Assembly (NCBI GenBank): GCA_951406725.2
Contig: OX597829.1
Coordinates: 57,040,001 to 57,104,000, forward strand
Reading direction: 5' to 3'
Origin: Octopus vulgaris
Lineage: Eukaryota
DNA: 64,000 nucleotides
A program made the translations under genes and the position numbers. Each line of letters opens with the position of its first letter. Position 1 is the first letter of the stretch. Positions 1 to 13,054 of the stretch are shown here, piece by piece. A model generated the notes under the pieces. That model was not told the origin of the DNA, searched no databases, and saw nothing but the letters and a program-made list of their open reading frames with translations.

Positions 1-657
1 GGAAGTGTGCTGTGCGCGAGAAGACCCGGCAGGACAAGTGAGTCCATAACCCATGGCCTTCTACATGGGATGGAGCCGGCCTACGTATGCATACCTTCCC
101 TTCTTGGGACACAAAACTCTACTTGTGAAGACGTGTTGAGGCAAGTGAGGATCAGAATCGAAATCGATCAATGGAAATTGCGGATGTGCTACCAGTGCCG
201 GTGGCATGTCAAAACTCTGCTTGTGAAGACCCGTTGAGGCAAGTGAGAATCAGAATCGAAATCGATCAATGGAAATCGATCAATGGAAATTGCAGATGTG
301 TTACCAGTGCCGGTGGCATGTAAGAGAACTTTCCGTTTCGCGACCGTTGCCAGCACCGCCCCGTTTCGTGTCCGTTGCCAGCCTCGCCTGGCCCTCGTGC
401 CGGTGGCACATAAAAAGCACCATCCGTTCGTGGCCGTTTGCCAGCTCTGTCTGGCACCAGTGCGGGTGGCACGTAAAAAGCACCCACTACACTCACGGAG
501 TGGTTGGCGTTAGGAAGGGCATCCAGCCGTAGAAACACTGCCAGATTTGACTGGGCCTGATGAAGCCTTCTGGCTTCACAGACCCCAGTAGAACCGTCCA
601 ACCCATGCTAGCATGGAAAACGGACGCTAAACGATGATGATGATGATGATGATGATA
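1..657 (+). mobile_element. RTE-type LINE 3' end (last ORF2 codons, 3' UTR with hairpin repeats, (GAT)n tail)
   Basis: Same 3' module (..ggaagggcatccagc..cccatgctagcatggaaa..(gat)n) that directly follows RTE ORF2 sequence at 8860-9572, 14697-16130 and 36160-36842. Confidence 0.8.
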
Positions 658-669
658 CATACAAATATA

Positions 670-1186
670 TACGAGGTCTGATTAATAAGTATCCAGATTG
701 TTGCCATAGTAATGAAGCTAAAGCATGCAGAGAGAAGCTGATTGGTAAAAACTGACCTTGAACTCTGTTGTACTATTTTTTGACAGTCTGGTTCACTTTT
801 GCTGTTTACAGCAGTGCTCAGAAGAAAGGTGTGTAGCATGTGAGCATTGCATTAAGCATGAATCTGCCTCACATTTTGCCAAAAGCTTGGTGATGCCTGC
901 TCAGAAGCCTTTGCAATGTTCCAGAAAGTGTATGGAGAAGAAGCATGTACGAGCTGAAAAAAATGTTGATGGTAATGAACGTTCTGGAAGACCCACAGCC
1001 AGCAGAACTGAGAAAAACATCACAGAGTTTGGGAGAAATTGTTGAACCATGGCATCTGAGTTATCAGAGGATCTGCAGATTCAAATTACCCAGGTTCAAG
1101 CTTCAGTCTTTCACCTTATCATCTGGCAAAATGATTTCCTAATGAAGGAACAATGGGGCAGTCTTAACTACACGATTAGTCCCCAA
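670..1186 (+). mobile_element. Degenerate mariner DNA transposon
   Basis: Starts ta-cgaggtctg. Frameshifted N-terminal HTH region: FCQKLGDACSEAFAMFQKVYGEEA and NVDGNERSGRPTASRTEKNI. Confidence 0.75.
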
Positions 1187-3222
1187 CAGAGAGAGAGAGA
1201 GAGAAAGAGGGACAGAGAGAGAGAGAAAGAGAGAGAGGGAGAGAGAGAAAAAGAGGGAGAGAGAGATTGAACTGAGATGTCTGTGAATAAGGAAAAAAAA
1301 AAAACAACCCCTTCTATCATAGGTTTGCTGAATCAGGTCTGACTTATGATTGAACAACACTAGTATTATAACTGGTAATATGGCCATCCCCCCAAAGGAA
1401 AGGCACATTAGGTAATAATTTTATTCTTTTACTCACTGAACTGCAGCCATGTTAAGGCATCAGATTATTTCAACTACATTGACCTTATTTTTAAGAGTGG
1501 TGCTTATCTTTTTAATATCTCTTTGGTGAACTACTAAGTCATTAAACAGAGTGCCATTTTTCAAGCGGTGCTCATGTAAAGACAAATACACACACACTCA
1601 AACACATGCACTGAGCTTCTGCATAGTTTCCATCAATCAATTTCACTCACAAGGAAGACTAATGCTTTTGTGAATGAAATAGAGATTCTACAGGTTCTTT
1701 CATTTCCATCCACATTTAAGAATCTGTCAATGGGAAAATAAAGCAGCCTGCCACTTTTTTGATACATATATTGGTGGGTATGCTTTGATGCTTTACCTTT
1801 TACCAGAATCTTTTGATCCGAGTGCAGTAAAAGATTCCGCTCTTATATCCTTGTTACATTAACCATGTGTTAACAAAGCAAGGACAGGCCAGATTGTAAT
1901 GGCATACTGTCATATAATATGCACTGAAGACAAAATCTCAATGTTCATATTTTAAATGCATTTAATACACATGAAATGTTACGACTGACAACACACACAT
2001 TATGCTAAAAATTTCTTACATAATTGAAACACGTGTTAAACGCATTCAAAATATCAACATTTGGTTTTGTCTTTATTACACACACACACACACACAAAAT
2101 GTATATATAAGATGGGAAGGTCATGGTTAGAATATTTTTGATTGTATGTTCACTGGAGCAGGGCTGACTGGGGGGGAAAGATCAATAACAACAACAACAA
2201 CAACAGAAAGATGTCTAGTTCTTTGCGAAAGAAAGAAAAAAAAAAACGGATATGAAGTAAAAACCATAATAAAAGCATTTAACTTTTATTCTTCATGTGA
2301 TGATTCTAAATGTAAACAGACTTTGTAAAACAGTGACGTAAAGAGAGAAGAGGTCTGCAGCTCAAAGCATCTGCCAGTGACTACTGAAACACCATTGTCA
2401 TATATATTTATACATATATATATATATATATACACACATGCATATGTATATATAATGTTTGTGCATTTACTGTATGTGTATAGTGTGTGGTTATTTGTTT
2501 GTGGGTATGTTTTGACTACAATATTCATACATCATCTGAAGAACCTTTTTTTTTTTTTTTGCTGTATGTACCACAGACATTATGCTGTAACACGTCTGAT
2601 GGGACGAGGGATTCTATGTTCTTGTGTGCGTGAGAGAGAGAGAGAGAGCACATACATGTGTTTGCATGTGTGTGTGTGGGGGGGCGGGGAGTTGAAATGA
2701 CTGACTGACGGGAAAATAAATTGCTTTGCTGTTTTACTGATCAACTCTTCTTCTTCTTCTTCTTCTTCTCATTGCACCGTTCATTGCCACACCGCTCCCC
2801 ACCCCACCCTCCTCCTCCTCCTCCCCCTCCTCCGCAAACAGAAAACAAATATGAATGTGTGGACGTGTGGTACATGCACAAATGTCTGTCTGTCTGTCTG
2901 TACACACATACGTGTCCTACTGCGTGCATGCCTGCTTATATGGATGGGCGTATATATATGTATGTGTGTGTGTGCATCCATATATGTATGCGTATATATA
3001 ATGTATATGCCTATGTAAGTAAATGCATGTGTGTGTATATGTATGCATGAGTGTATGTGTAAATGTATATATGTGTATGTATATGTATGCATATGTATAT
3101 ATGCATAACCATGTGTGTATGCATATGAATGTATATATGTGTGTGTATGTAAGTAAAGACTGCCTCTATGTGCACATATATAGATTTGTATGAGAGAGAG
3201 AGAGAACAAGTGTATCTGTCTA

Positions 3223-3269
<47 letters not shown>

Positions 3270-5014
3270 AAGGAGCTGAGAGGAAGTGTGATGAAAAATA
3301 AGTGAACGAGGAAGAAGAAATGAGACAAAAATATACAATGGAAGAATGAAATGAAGGAATGGAACAGAAGAGGGAGAAAGAGGGAGAAAGGAAAGAAAAA
3401 GCCGGAAGAAGAGTTGAGGGAAAGAAGGATTGAAGGAGGAGGGAGGTAAGAAAATAATAAAAATAATAATAATAATAAAGAAATGAAAATGAATTCGGGT
3501 GGAGAAAAAGAGAAAAAAAATGTGAATCTAAGAAATAGAATTAAAGTAAGTAGGGTTTTATGGAAGACTTTGGAAGAATGGAGAAAGAAGGAAAGAAGGA
3601 AAGAAAGAAAGGGAAGAATAGACTCAACTCTCTCAGTTTTTGGTCATTCATAGTTGGAAAAGAAATGAGATTTTTTATATTTTCACATTTTCTTATTTTG
3701 TTATAGATAAATTAATGATTGAAGCTAGAGTGGACATGGCATTTTAGAGGCAATGCCAAATGTGATGATGATGATGATGGTGGCAATAGTGATGGTGAGA
3801 TTAAACGAGTTAAAGAAGTGGAAATTTTGCTATAGGGATGATGAAAATGTCTAACAGTTTGGAAGGAACTCTTGTGGCACTGAATAGAGAGAGAGAGAGA
3901 GAAAGAGCAGAAATAGTGAAGGACAAGACAATTATCAGAAGAAATATTGGTTGGTAGATCGATAGAAAACACTGGGGAAAAAAGAAATCATAAAAAAACG
4001 AAGGTGGGGGTGGGGGGTTGAGTTGGGGATTAGGAGAAGGGGAGATAACTAGGAGATTATTATTGACAAAAATGTTTGCAAATTTAAAAAGCAGAAAGGA
4101 ATGGGGGGAGGTTAGGGTAGGAAGTAGTGGGAAGAGGGATGAAGGGGAGACTCATGGGAGTTGCTAAACTCCTTACATATAAAGTGGATGGAATGGGAGG
4201 AATTAGATTGAAGAATTCTGGTGAGATTTAATGTGGTTGATGGTCAGCTTGGAATATCAACAAGAAAAAATACTCAAGTAGGGAATGGTGGAGGAGGTGG
4301 GATGGAACTGAAGAGGTGAAAAGTGGTTAAGTCCAAAAACCTGTGGAAGACTAAGCTATCACTCACAATCAAATTTAACCTGGTAGTAGAATACCATACT
4401 CCTCTCGGCTATTCCATTCTTGAACCTTGTGAAACGGTCTGGGTGAGTCAAGGGTGACCTATGGCATGGCAACAAAAAAAATAACCTTGATTATTTTTAA
4501 TTAGTGCAGCCCATCTGATGAGGAGGAGTCATGTCTCATGCAGCACCAACTTCTTGAAAATGGTTGCCCATGCCAGAGAAAGAGGGGTGGAGAAGGAGAG
4601 TGGGGAGAGCTACTCAGGTGGTACTCAGGTGAATAGACTGGAGTAGTATGAAGTGTAGTGCCTGGCTCAAAAACACAAAATGCCATCCAGTCAAGGAATT
4701 GAACCCACAATTTATATTTTACCCCAGTCATTATGCTATGTCATAAGCTATGCACTTGATTCTGCTGGCCCCATCTAGTTTGCCTGACCGACAACACTAA
4801 TCTCATCCAGTCATTAAAAAAAATTGAGCCAAACAAACTAATTGAAAGAGAATTGAGAAGAAAAAGAGAATAAATAAATACATTAAAGAAAAATATCAAA
4901 TAGCTTAAATGAGGAGGCATGGTTCCACAGAATAATGGTTTACCTTGCTATACAAAATATAAGCAACACACACGTACGTGTGTGTGTGTGTGTATTCTTT
5001 TTTTTATTATTATC

Positions 5015-5392
5015 TGTTTCAGTCATTTGACTGTGGCCATGCTGCAGCACTGCATTTAGTCAAGCAAATTGACTCCAGGACTTATTCTTTGTAAGCCTGG
5101 TACTTATTCTATCAGTATTTTTTGCCAAATGGCTAAGTTATGGGGACATAAACACACCAGCATCGGTTGTCAAGCGATGTTGGGGAGAGCAACACAGACA
5201 CAAACATATACATAAATACACACACACACAACAAGTTTCTTTCAGTTTCTGTCTACCAAATCCACTCATAAGGTTTTGGTCAGCTTGAAGCTATAGTAGA
5301 AGACACTTGCCCATGTTGCCATGCAGTGGGACTGAACCCAGAACCATGTGGTTGGTAAGGAAGCTATTTACCACACAGCCACTCCTTTGCCT
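5015..5392 (-). mobile_element. tRNA-derived SINE, octopus-type family (other copies ~28405-28560, 30370-30510, 37280-37695, 42310-42786, 53190-53600)
   Basis: Head ggagtggctgtgtggtaa..ggttcagtccc (A/B-box like), internal (CA)n, conserved tail cagtcaaatgactgaaac. Repeated many times in the window. Confidence 0.8.
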
Positions 5393-6526
5393 ATCTATAT
5401 GTATGTTCACTATTTTCCTCTCATTCTGGCTTAATGACCCTCCATGTTTGTTTCCATTCAGTTTCCTTGTATGACTCCACTGTCATTTTTGGTTCCCTAC
5501 TTTCACCCTCCATAAATCCTAAATTTTATTTTAGAATTTGTGGGAGCAACTGTCTTTGAAGACTCATATTGTCACTGAATGCTTGAAATGAGGAGTAGAT
5601 AGACAGCCAACAACTGACGAAGGGTCCTGCATACAGCTGTCTGATGACTAATCAAAACCATTCCAATTATGCCCATTTGATCCCTTTAAAGGTATCCTGG
5701 ACCCTTGTTATTTTATGGCTTCTTCCCTTATTTAAAGCTAGCAGAGTGTAATTTGAGGGAGATTTAGTTATTATTTTGTGCCAGACTTAGTGACCACATA
5801 AAGGCTCCCTATTTACTCATGTTTGTTTGGTTTCTCCTGGAGAACGAGGATGGTAGTCGTGGGGTTGTCTTTATTTAAAAATGAATTATAAGAACAACTG
5901 TTTTTGCAGCTGGGTATCCTGCTGTTAGGCCAACCATCAGAGCTGAGAAGAGTTCTATACCATTCTTCCTTGTTAAACACATAATGACTGTAGCAACTTT
6001 CTCTACATGAATTTCTAATTAATTCTTGAAGTATTTCAGTCTCATATCTTAAAAATTTTTGAAAAGAATAAGCATTTTAAATTTATGGTTCAACCTACCA
6101 AGAATAGCAGTTAGATCTCCCTCAAATTACACCCAACTGTATAACAAAAATGAAAATTTTTTTAAATGAAAAAAGTTACTTTACATAATGTAGTTCTACA
6201 TAAGCTAGGCTTGATCTATTACTGTTTAATACCATCACCACCTGACCTCTCTGGGTGCCTGTGGTGGAGTTCATTCAGTTTTGCCAAGTATTCCAACCAG
6301 GCCCCTTTCCAAGGTTAGTTAACATTTGTCTCTCTCTTTCTCTCATATGTAATTAATACGAAGGGTTTAGTTCACTGATAATCTAAACCAATAGGTATGC
6401 TGTGTAAGTGCTATAAATGGTCATCTGTTAGGTTCCAAGTTCACAGCTGAGGCTGGAGCTAGGCTCCATAGTAGTAGGCTTCTGAGCCAGCGGATATATA
6501 TACATATATACACATACATACATACA

Positions 6527-6968
6527 CAGGGTGCAGCAGAAGTAACGCCCTTTTGTAGTTGAGTTCTTTAATTTCTAATTGAGTTTCTTTGTTTTTTTCC
6601 TAAAACTTCTGCAATGTTTTTTAATTAGTTTATTACTCGTTTCTTTAACCCTTTCGTTACCGTATTTATTTTGAGATGCTCTGTGTTTCTTTCAATTAAT
6701 TTCAAATATAACAAAGAATTTAGTAAAATAACTTAGTTATCATTCAGCTAGTGTTGGGAACATAAATTGTGACTAAGGTTTGGTGGAAGATTTTAATTCC
6801 AAACTTATGAAAACAAGACATTTTACCACAGAACCAGAGGTGGTTTCAGCCAGGTTGGTGATGAAAGAGTTAAGTAATGCAATAGATTTGTGTTCAATAA
6901 AAAATTACTCAAAAACATATACTATAAAAGTTATTAAATGTAAAAAGGGCATTACTTCAACTGCACCC

Positions 6969-6970
<2 letters not shown>
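6527..6970. mobile_element. Tc1/mariner-type MITE
   Basis: Terminal inverted repeats CAGGGTGCAGcaGAAGTAAcGCCC and GGGCaTTACTTCaaCTGCACCCTG, located in TA/CA microsatellite. Confidence 0.75.
6645..6873. mobile_element. piggyBac-type MITE nested in the mariner MITE (degenerate relatives ~43687-43790 and 44528-44780)
   Basis: TTAA-CCCTTTCGTTACC...GGTGATGAAAGAG-TTAA: a TTAA target duplication with short TIRs. Confidence 0.8.
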
Positions 6971-7031
<61 letters not shown>

Positions 7032-8859
7032 CTAACTTTGTACTTTCATATTCTCCCATCTACTACTGTAAACCTTCAATTTAATTTTTTTTTTCTGTCC
7101 TGCTATCAAATCTTGACTGTTTTGGTACCAGCCTGCCTAATTTATGCAGGTGATTTTCAGGATAAAATTTGTTAAAAAAAGCTTCTATTCGTGTAAAATT
7201 TGCACCCAAAAGTTTTCAGAATTGCCGATATAGCCAGAGGAAAAAGTTTTCCAGTTTAGTTGTATTTAGCATAATTGCACTTAATTATGATTAGATTTTG
7301 TTAAATTTTTATTAAATAAAAATAATTTGTTTAACAGGTATCAAATTGAAAGCTATTGAAAGTGTTTGTGTTATTTATCATAAACTTTATTTTACATTTC
7401 TTGCCCACAAGAGATTATGTCCGATTTTTAGCATACTGTTGTATGTCTTCTGAAATCACAATCACAGGGAAAGTTGTTAAGAATTACCAACAAAAACAAG
7501 GCTGATAAATATGCACAGGTGTTGCAAATTAAGTTTAATTATCAATGAACATCAGCTTGGATGACACTTTACTCAACTGACAGAGGAAGGTGACCAATCA
7601 AACTGATTATGTAAACGGAATTCTTTTCTGCCAATTCTTGCCAGAACCTTTGATACTGAGAATCGAAATTTTAATCCCTTTCACAATTATAAAATGTTAA
7701 GTAAACTTTAAGATTTGTCATTTCCGTTATTGTTAGTATGGGCAGAACTTATGAATCGTTTACTACTAAGGAGAAATTAAATATGTTGAATATGCATTTG
7801 AATGTGGCCATAGAGCCACTGTTTGAAATTGGTGTAAACAGTACAACAAACTTAAAACCATGGCTAGTAATAAACAAACAAAAACGAAAACAAACAACCA
7901 AGATTCTGCATATCATTACATTTTTTTCAGTCAGGAATATCCATATCACTATGTCAATGGAGCTCCTTTGTGATAGGTAGAAACTCCAAGCAATGTAAAA
8001 TATGGTCTGGACCATATTTGCCAGCATGAATGTCAGACTTCAAAAACGAGTTAACCATTTAATGGTTTCAGTAAATTTATACAGAAAAAGTAAGCATTAT
8101 ACTGTCCAGCATAAATAAAAATCAACTTCATCATGTATATTTAAGCCATTATTTTTTCTGTAAAAATCTATTCTGACATTAAATGAGTCAATTCCTGGTA
8201 TGAATTTTTACGTTTTGTACGTCTTTTTACAACAAAAACGAAAAAAAAAAAAATATTCTGGAAACAATCTACTCATGTAAATTTTGCATCCCCTAAAGTT
8301 TATTTTTATTTTTGCGAAAAAAGAGCGTAAATTATATGGGTTTTATGGTATTTTGTAGAACCTTCCATTTGTGGAACATCTCCCACTAAAAAAAGAAAGA
8401 ACTTTCAGATTTGGAGTTTTTTGAGTTTCAGAACTTCAATTAAAGGATTAACAACCTGTAATAATTGTTTTAGATTTTGGCACAAGAACAGCAATTTTAG
8501 TGGGAAGGGGCAAGTTGATAACATCAATCCCAATACTCAAATGGTGCTTATTTTATCAACTCCAAAAGGATGAAAAGTAAAGTTGCCCTTGGTGGAATTA
8601 GATCTCAGAACTAAGAAATGGCATTAAGCATTATGTCCAATGTTTCAATGGATCCGACTGTAATAATGACAATAATTGTCATATTTACAGTTGGATCCTT
8701 TGGAACATTGGACATAATGTTCTCACAGACAGAACAAAGCTAGAAATTTTGGCGACAGGAAATAGTTGATTATTTGATCTCAGTACATGATTAGTACTTG
8801 TCGAAAAGGAAGCAAGAGTAGCAATAATCACCAGTATATAACTGGTATTTACTAGAGAA

Positions 8860-9572
8860 CCTGTGGGAGAGGTAGACCCAGGAAGACCTGGTATGAGGTG
8901 GTGAAGCCACAACCTTCGAATATTGGGCCTCGCCAAGGCGATGACAAGTGATTGAGACTTTTGGAGATATGCTGTGCTTGAGAAAACCCGGCAAGCCAAG
9001 TGAGACCATAACTGTGGGCTATGCCAGTGCAGCATAACCAGCCCATTTAAGAGTACCCTTCAATCATTGGGCAATAAACTGCACTTGTGAAGATGAAAGT
9101 ACCACTTGATTGGCACCTGTGCCGGTGGAATGTAAAAAGTACCATTTGAGAATGGATGATGACAATACTGCGTGATTGGCACCCATGCCAGTGACATGTA
9201 AAAAGCACCATTCAAGCATGGTCGATGGCAGTGCCGGCTGACTGGTCCATGCCAATGGCAGGTAAAAAGCACCATTCAGGTGTGGTTGTTGACAGTGCTG
9301 CCTTACTGGCTCCCATGCCGGTGGCATGTAAAAAGCACCATTCAAGCATGGCTGATGCCTGTACCACCTGACTGGCCCTCGTGCTGGTGGCATGTAAAAA
9401 AGCATTCACTACACTCTCGGAGTGGTTGGCATTAGGAACGGCATCCAGCTGTAGAAACATTGTCAGATCAGATTGGAGCCTAGTGCAGCCTTCTGGCTTA
9501 CCAGCCCTCAGTCAAACCATCCAACCCATGCCAGCTTGGAAAGCGGACATTAAACGACGATGATGTTGATGA
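8860..9572 (+). mobile_element. RTE LINE 3' fragment with five ~66-bp hairpin units in the UTR
   Basis: GRGRPRKTW-type ORF2 end, units starting at 9119, 9185, 9249, 9315 and 9381, and a (GAT)n tail. Confidence 0.8.
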
Positions 9573-9787
9573 CTTTAGAGAGAGAGGGATGAAAGATGAA
9601 GTTGACTCTAGCAGGACTTCAACATGAAGCTGAGGTGGAAGACAGCAAGATACTCCGTATGCTGTCTTCTGTTTCAGTCATTACTCAAAGTCATCAAAGT
9701 ACTCCTTATTCTGAGGATCATAATTGGTTACAAATCTCTTCTGATTATCTATAATTTGATGAATGTTATGTAGTAGTAGAAGGTGTG

Positions 9788-10170
9788 GAGGCGCAATGGC
9801 CCAGTGGTTAGGGCAGCGGACTCGCGGTCATAGGATCGCGGTTTCGATTCCCAGACCAGGCACTGTGAGTGTTTATTGAGCAAAAACATCTAAAAGCTCC
9901 ACGAGGCTCCGGCAGGGGATGGTGGTGATCCCTGCTGTACTCTTTCACCACAACTTTCTCTCACTCTTACTTCCTGTTTCTGTTGTACCTGTATTTCAAA
10001 GGGCCAGCCTTGTCACTCTCTGTGTCATGCTGAATATCCCCCAGAACTACTTTAAGGGTACACGTGTCTGTGGAGTGCTCAGCCACTTACACGTTAATTT
10101 CACGAGCAGGCTGTTCCGTTGATTTGGATCAACTGGAACCATCGTCGTCGTAACCGGTGGAGTGCTTCCA
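9788..10170 (+). mobile_element. tRNA-derived SINE (related copy on the minus strand ~38070-38360)
   Basis: A box TGGCCCAGTGG and B box GGTTTCGATTCCC in a tRNA-like head, followed by a body shared with the 38.1-38.36 kb copy. Confidence 0.8.
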
Positions 10171-10549
10171 TCCAGTAGAAGGTAGACTGTTGATAGAACT
10201 ATGGAAACACCATTTGGAATGTTTCACAGTATTTCTTCTAACTCACTGCATTCTGAGTTCACACCCAACTAAGGTCAACTTTATCTTTCATCTCATGGTG
10301 CTTGTACCAGTCAAGTACTTGGTTGCTTCTGCCTGTTTCTCCCAATATTGCTATGTTGCACTGAGAGAGATATTGTGGGTACCAGTCCCAGGGTACCTTT
10401 CTCCAGAAATGAAATTAGCTTGAACAGGCATCTATCAGTCTCTTTTCATAAGCTACTAGAACCATCTAGAAACAGTCCTATTTTGAGATGAGCGTGAAGC
10501 AGAAAATAAGATCCAACAACCTAGTGTACATGACCTAGGGTAGCACACA

Positions 10550-11126
10550 CCCTCTCAAGAAATCAGTAATTCATGTTTTATCAATAACACTATGTATGGA
10601 TCTGAAGTTATGGTATTTGGTGACCCAAGGTGGCCCACTGTTGGAAGCAGCAGCAAAGTGGAATAAAAAAAATTAAAATTTTATTATTGGTTTGGAGAAC
10701 AGAGTTCAGTTCTTCCAACAGGAAAACAAATGTGCAATACAGAGGTTCTCAAATGTTGCAGTGCAGATTGCATCACTGACTGTGTCCTCTGAGTTTTTAA
10801 AAATACAATTTAGGGCCTCAGTAAATTTACATAAATATTTGTCTTGAAGTCCATGTTATTCATAATTTTGTTTTGCACATCAAGTAGGTTCAACAGCACA
10901 AATCAAGCAACAGTTTAGAAAATTTCTAAAATTCTGACTTTAAAACCTGGTTTCTTTTTCTGCTAAGAACAACAACCTTTGTTGTACACCTGAGCGCTGT
11001 ATATAATAATCTCATTATTATTCTTTCAGTGCCTGCTGTGGAGCTGCTTTCACTAGACATCTTATATTCAAAGGTTTTATATTTCTTGCACCCAATAGAC
11101 AACATCTAATTCTTTCTACTCTTCTG
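10550..11126 (-). pseudogene. FANCA: FANCA-like C-terminal exon remnants
   Basis: tttatcag| acceptor, then IRCLVKAAPQQALKE, a 42-nt insertion, RLLFLA; CAVE/TYL (frameshifted, human VAVDMYL); TFVFLLEEL (human ARLFLLQLI); TSDPYIV (human DCDPEVS). Confidence 0.65.
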
Positions 11127-11799
11127 CTGATAAATAAAATGAAGTAAATTATATTTTTCTCTATATTTTTGTAAATATTTAAACTTTAAAACAATTTTCT
11201 TTTACTTTTAATGTGAAGTGCACCAATATTTGATCTCCATAGTTTAATGCGTATATACACACACACACATACACACACACACACAACATACACTACACAC
11301 ACTCAAACCTACACAAACAGATTCACAAACACACATACAGACACATGAATGTAGACTCACACACAAAACCTTTTAGTCAAGTGGAAAGGCAATACCACTG
11401 ACCTCTTACAGAGTCCCCGAGACTGGAAGGAAGGGTGGGAGGGAGGAGAGTATCCTGAAACCAGAGATCTGCTCCAAATGCTTGCAACAGAATGGATTCT
11501 GTTAAAGACATCCAAGGTGCCAGGTGGTATTGTTAAATTAGGTGATAGATGAAGTTTACCACCAGGGAATACCATGGTAGGATTTGAACTCAGAGTGCAG
11601 AGAATTGGAACAAGTATTGTGAGGCATTCCATCAAATGATCCAACACCTGCCATATTTGTCATGTATAAAAAAACGTCTATAGATATACACACAACATAC
11701 ACACACATGCATATACACACATACATACATACATACATAGACATATGCACACATCTACATTTACACACACATAAATACACATAGGCACACATACACACA

Positions 11800-12070
11800 C
11801 TCCATCATTCATTTGCCAATTGTATTTGCTCCAGGAGGAGATTAGTCTCTCATCCAATTATGATATCAGAAACTAGAGATAGACACCAGTTGCATGGGTT
11901 CTTGAGATACATACCAGTTCCATGGATTCTTGAGATTTGGTAAAAGGATTAGCTATCAATATTCTTAAGCTGATCCAATCAACTTCAGCACTCCCTCTGG
12001 AAAATTGGTTTTGTGCCAAATGCAAAACTATCTCATTAAAGAGTTGTTCAAAAATAATTTCTCTAAACAC
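11800..12070 (-). pseudogene. FANCA: FANCA-like exon (VFREIIFEQLFNEIVLHLAQNQFSRGSAEVDWISLRILIANPF...VYL*FLIS*LDERLISSW)
   Basis: ttctgcag| acceptor. RE...DW spacing equals that of human PRE...PDWLS. The distal part resembles VFLFFFSLMGLLSS but has two stops. A GTATGT donor is also present at 11914. Confidence 0.7.
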
Positions 12071-12834
12071 CTGCAGAATCATTTTGAAGAATTTGAAATT
12101 CTTTGGGAGGGCTTTTGGAAAAAGATTCTGGTGTGATTATGTGTTATATATAAATATAAACTTATTTCACACCCGCTCATGCATTTGTTTGTATAAACAT
12201 ACACATGTATACATATATGTGCATACATGTATACAGACACATGCATACATATATGTATACATGTACACAAATATACACATCTTTGCATACACACATGTAT
12301 ATAATATATACACATACACAGGTTTACACATTTACAGTCACTCACATACATACATATGTATACATGCATATAAACACTCATATAATCATATGTATATACA
12401 TACAGACATTTTCTCTTTCCACACTTTTACTGGTTTTCGACATGTGACTGTGGCCATGCTGGGGCATCAAATTATATTGACTGGCTTTTACCTCATTCTG
12501 ATAAAATAACAACCACACTGGGATTGGTAGTAAACAGCCAATAAGAATAAAATATAACACACACACACACACACACATATATATAGATAGATAGATAGAT
12601 AGATATTCATACATACAATACATACACATAGAAGCACACATGTATACATATACACAGAACTATACATGCACACACACACACACATACATATATGTGTGTG
12701 TGTGCCAGCACACACACACAAGCATATATTACACTCCTTTTGTACACAGAAACTCCTCCTCCTCCTCCTCCTCCTCCTCTCCATGGCTGTTTAGTTTATC
12801 TCAGATGTAGGATTAAACTCAAGAAAATGCACAC

Positions 12835-13054
12835 CCCAGTTTCGAAATGATGAAAAATTATATGTTTGGTATCTGTTAAAAACGCTTCCAGTAAACTGTA
12901 AGAACTTAAAAAGGTTAATGAAGCACATATGATACCCAAGATGAAGTGCCTTACCATTTCTTTCAAAAGAAGAAAACCTTTGTTATCAGCATGTATAAAG
13001 TTTCAACTTCTTCCACATCTGGTAATGCTTCCATGCTGCAGCTTTACTTTGAAA
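12835..13054 (-). pseudogene. FANCA: Two exon remnants (13054-12955 and 12895-12835) separated by a 59-nt GT-AG intron
   Basis: ttcag|...gaaatg|gtaagg...ttcttacag|...actggg|gtgtgc. Every frame of the first exon contains a stop. KGFLLLKEM then YWKR resembles FANCA KCPLILTSAL then VWWP. Confidence 0.6.

Noticed and set aside
555-595. CTGATGA followed by a hairpin
   Set aside because: No GAAA follows and sister copies read CTGGTGC; a chance variant, not a hammerhead.
9115-9410. CRISPR-like look of a palindromic repeat plus variable spacer
   Set aside because: The 'spacers' are homologous to each other, the array is part of an RTE 3' UTR, and there are no cas genes in this eukaryotic DNA.
9788-9860. 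tRNA gene
   Set aside because: It is the tRNA-like head of a SINE and continues into a repeat body shared with another copy.
12955-13054. In-frame TGA read as selenocysteine or as an A-to-I-recoded Trp
   Set aside because: Neighbouring exons have frameshifts, TAA stops and an insertion that recoding cannot repair; pseudogenisation is simpler.
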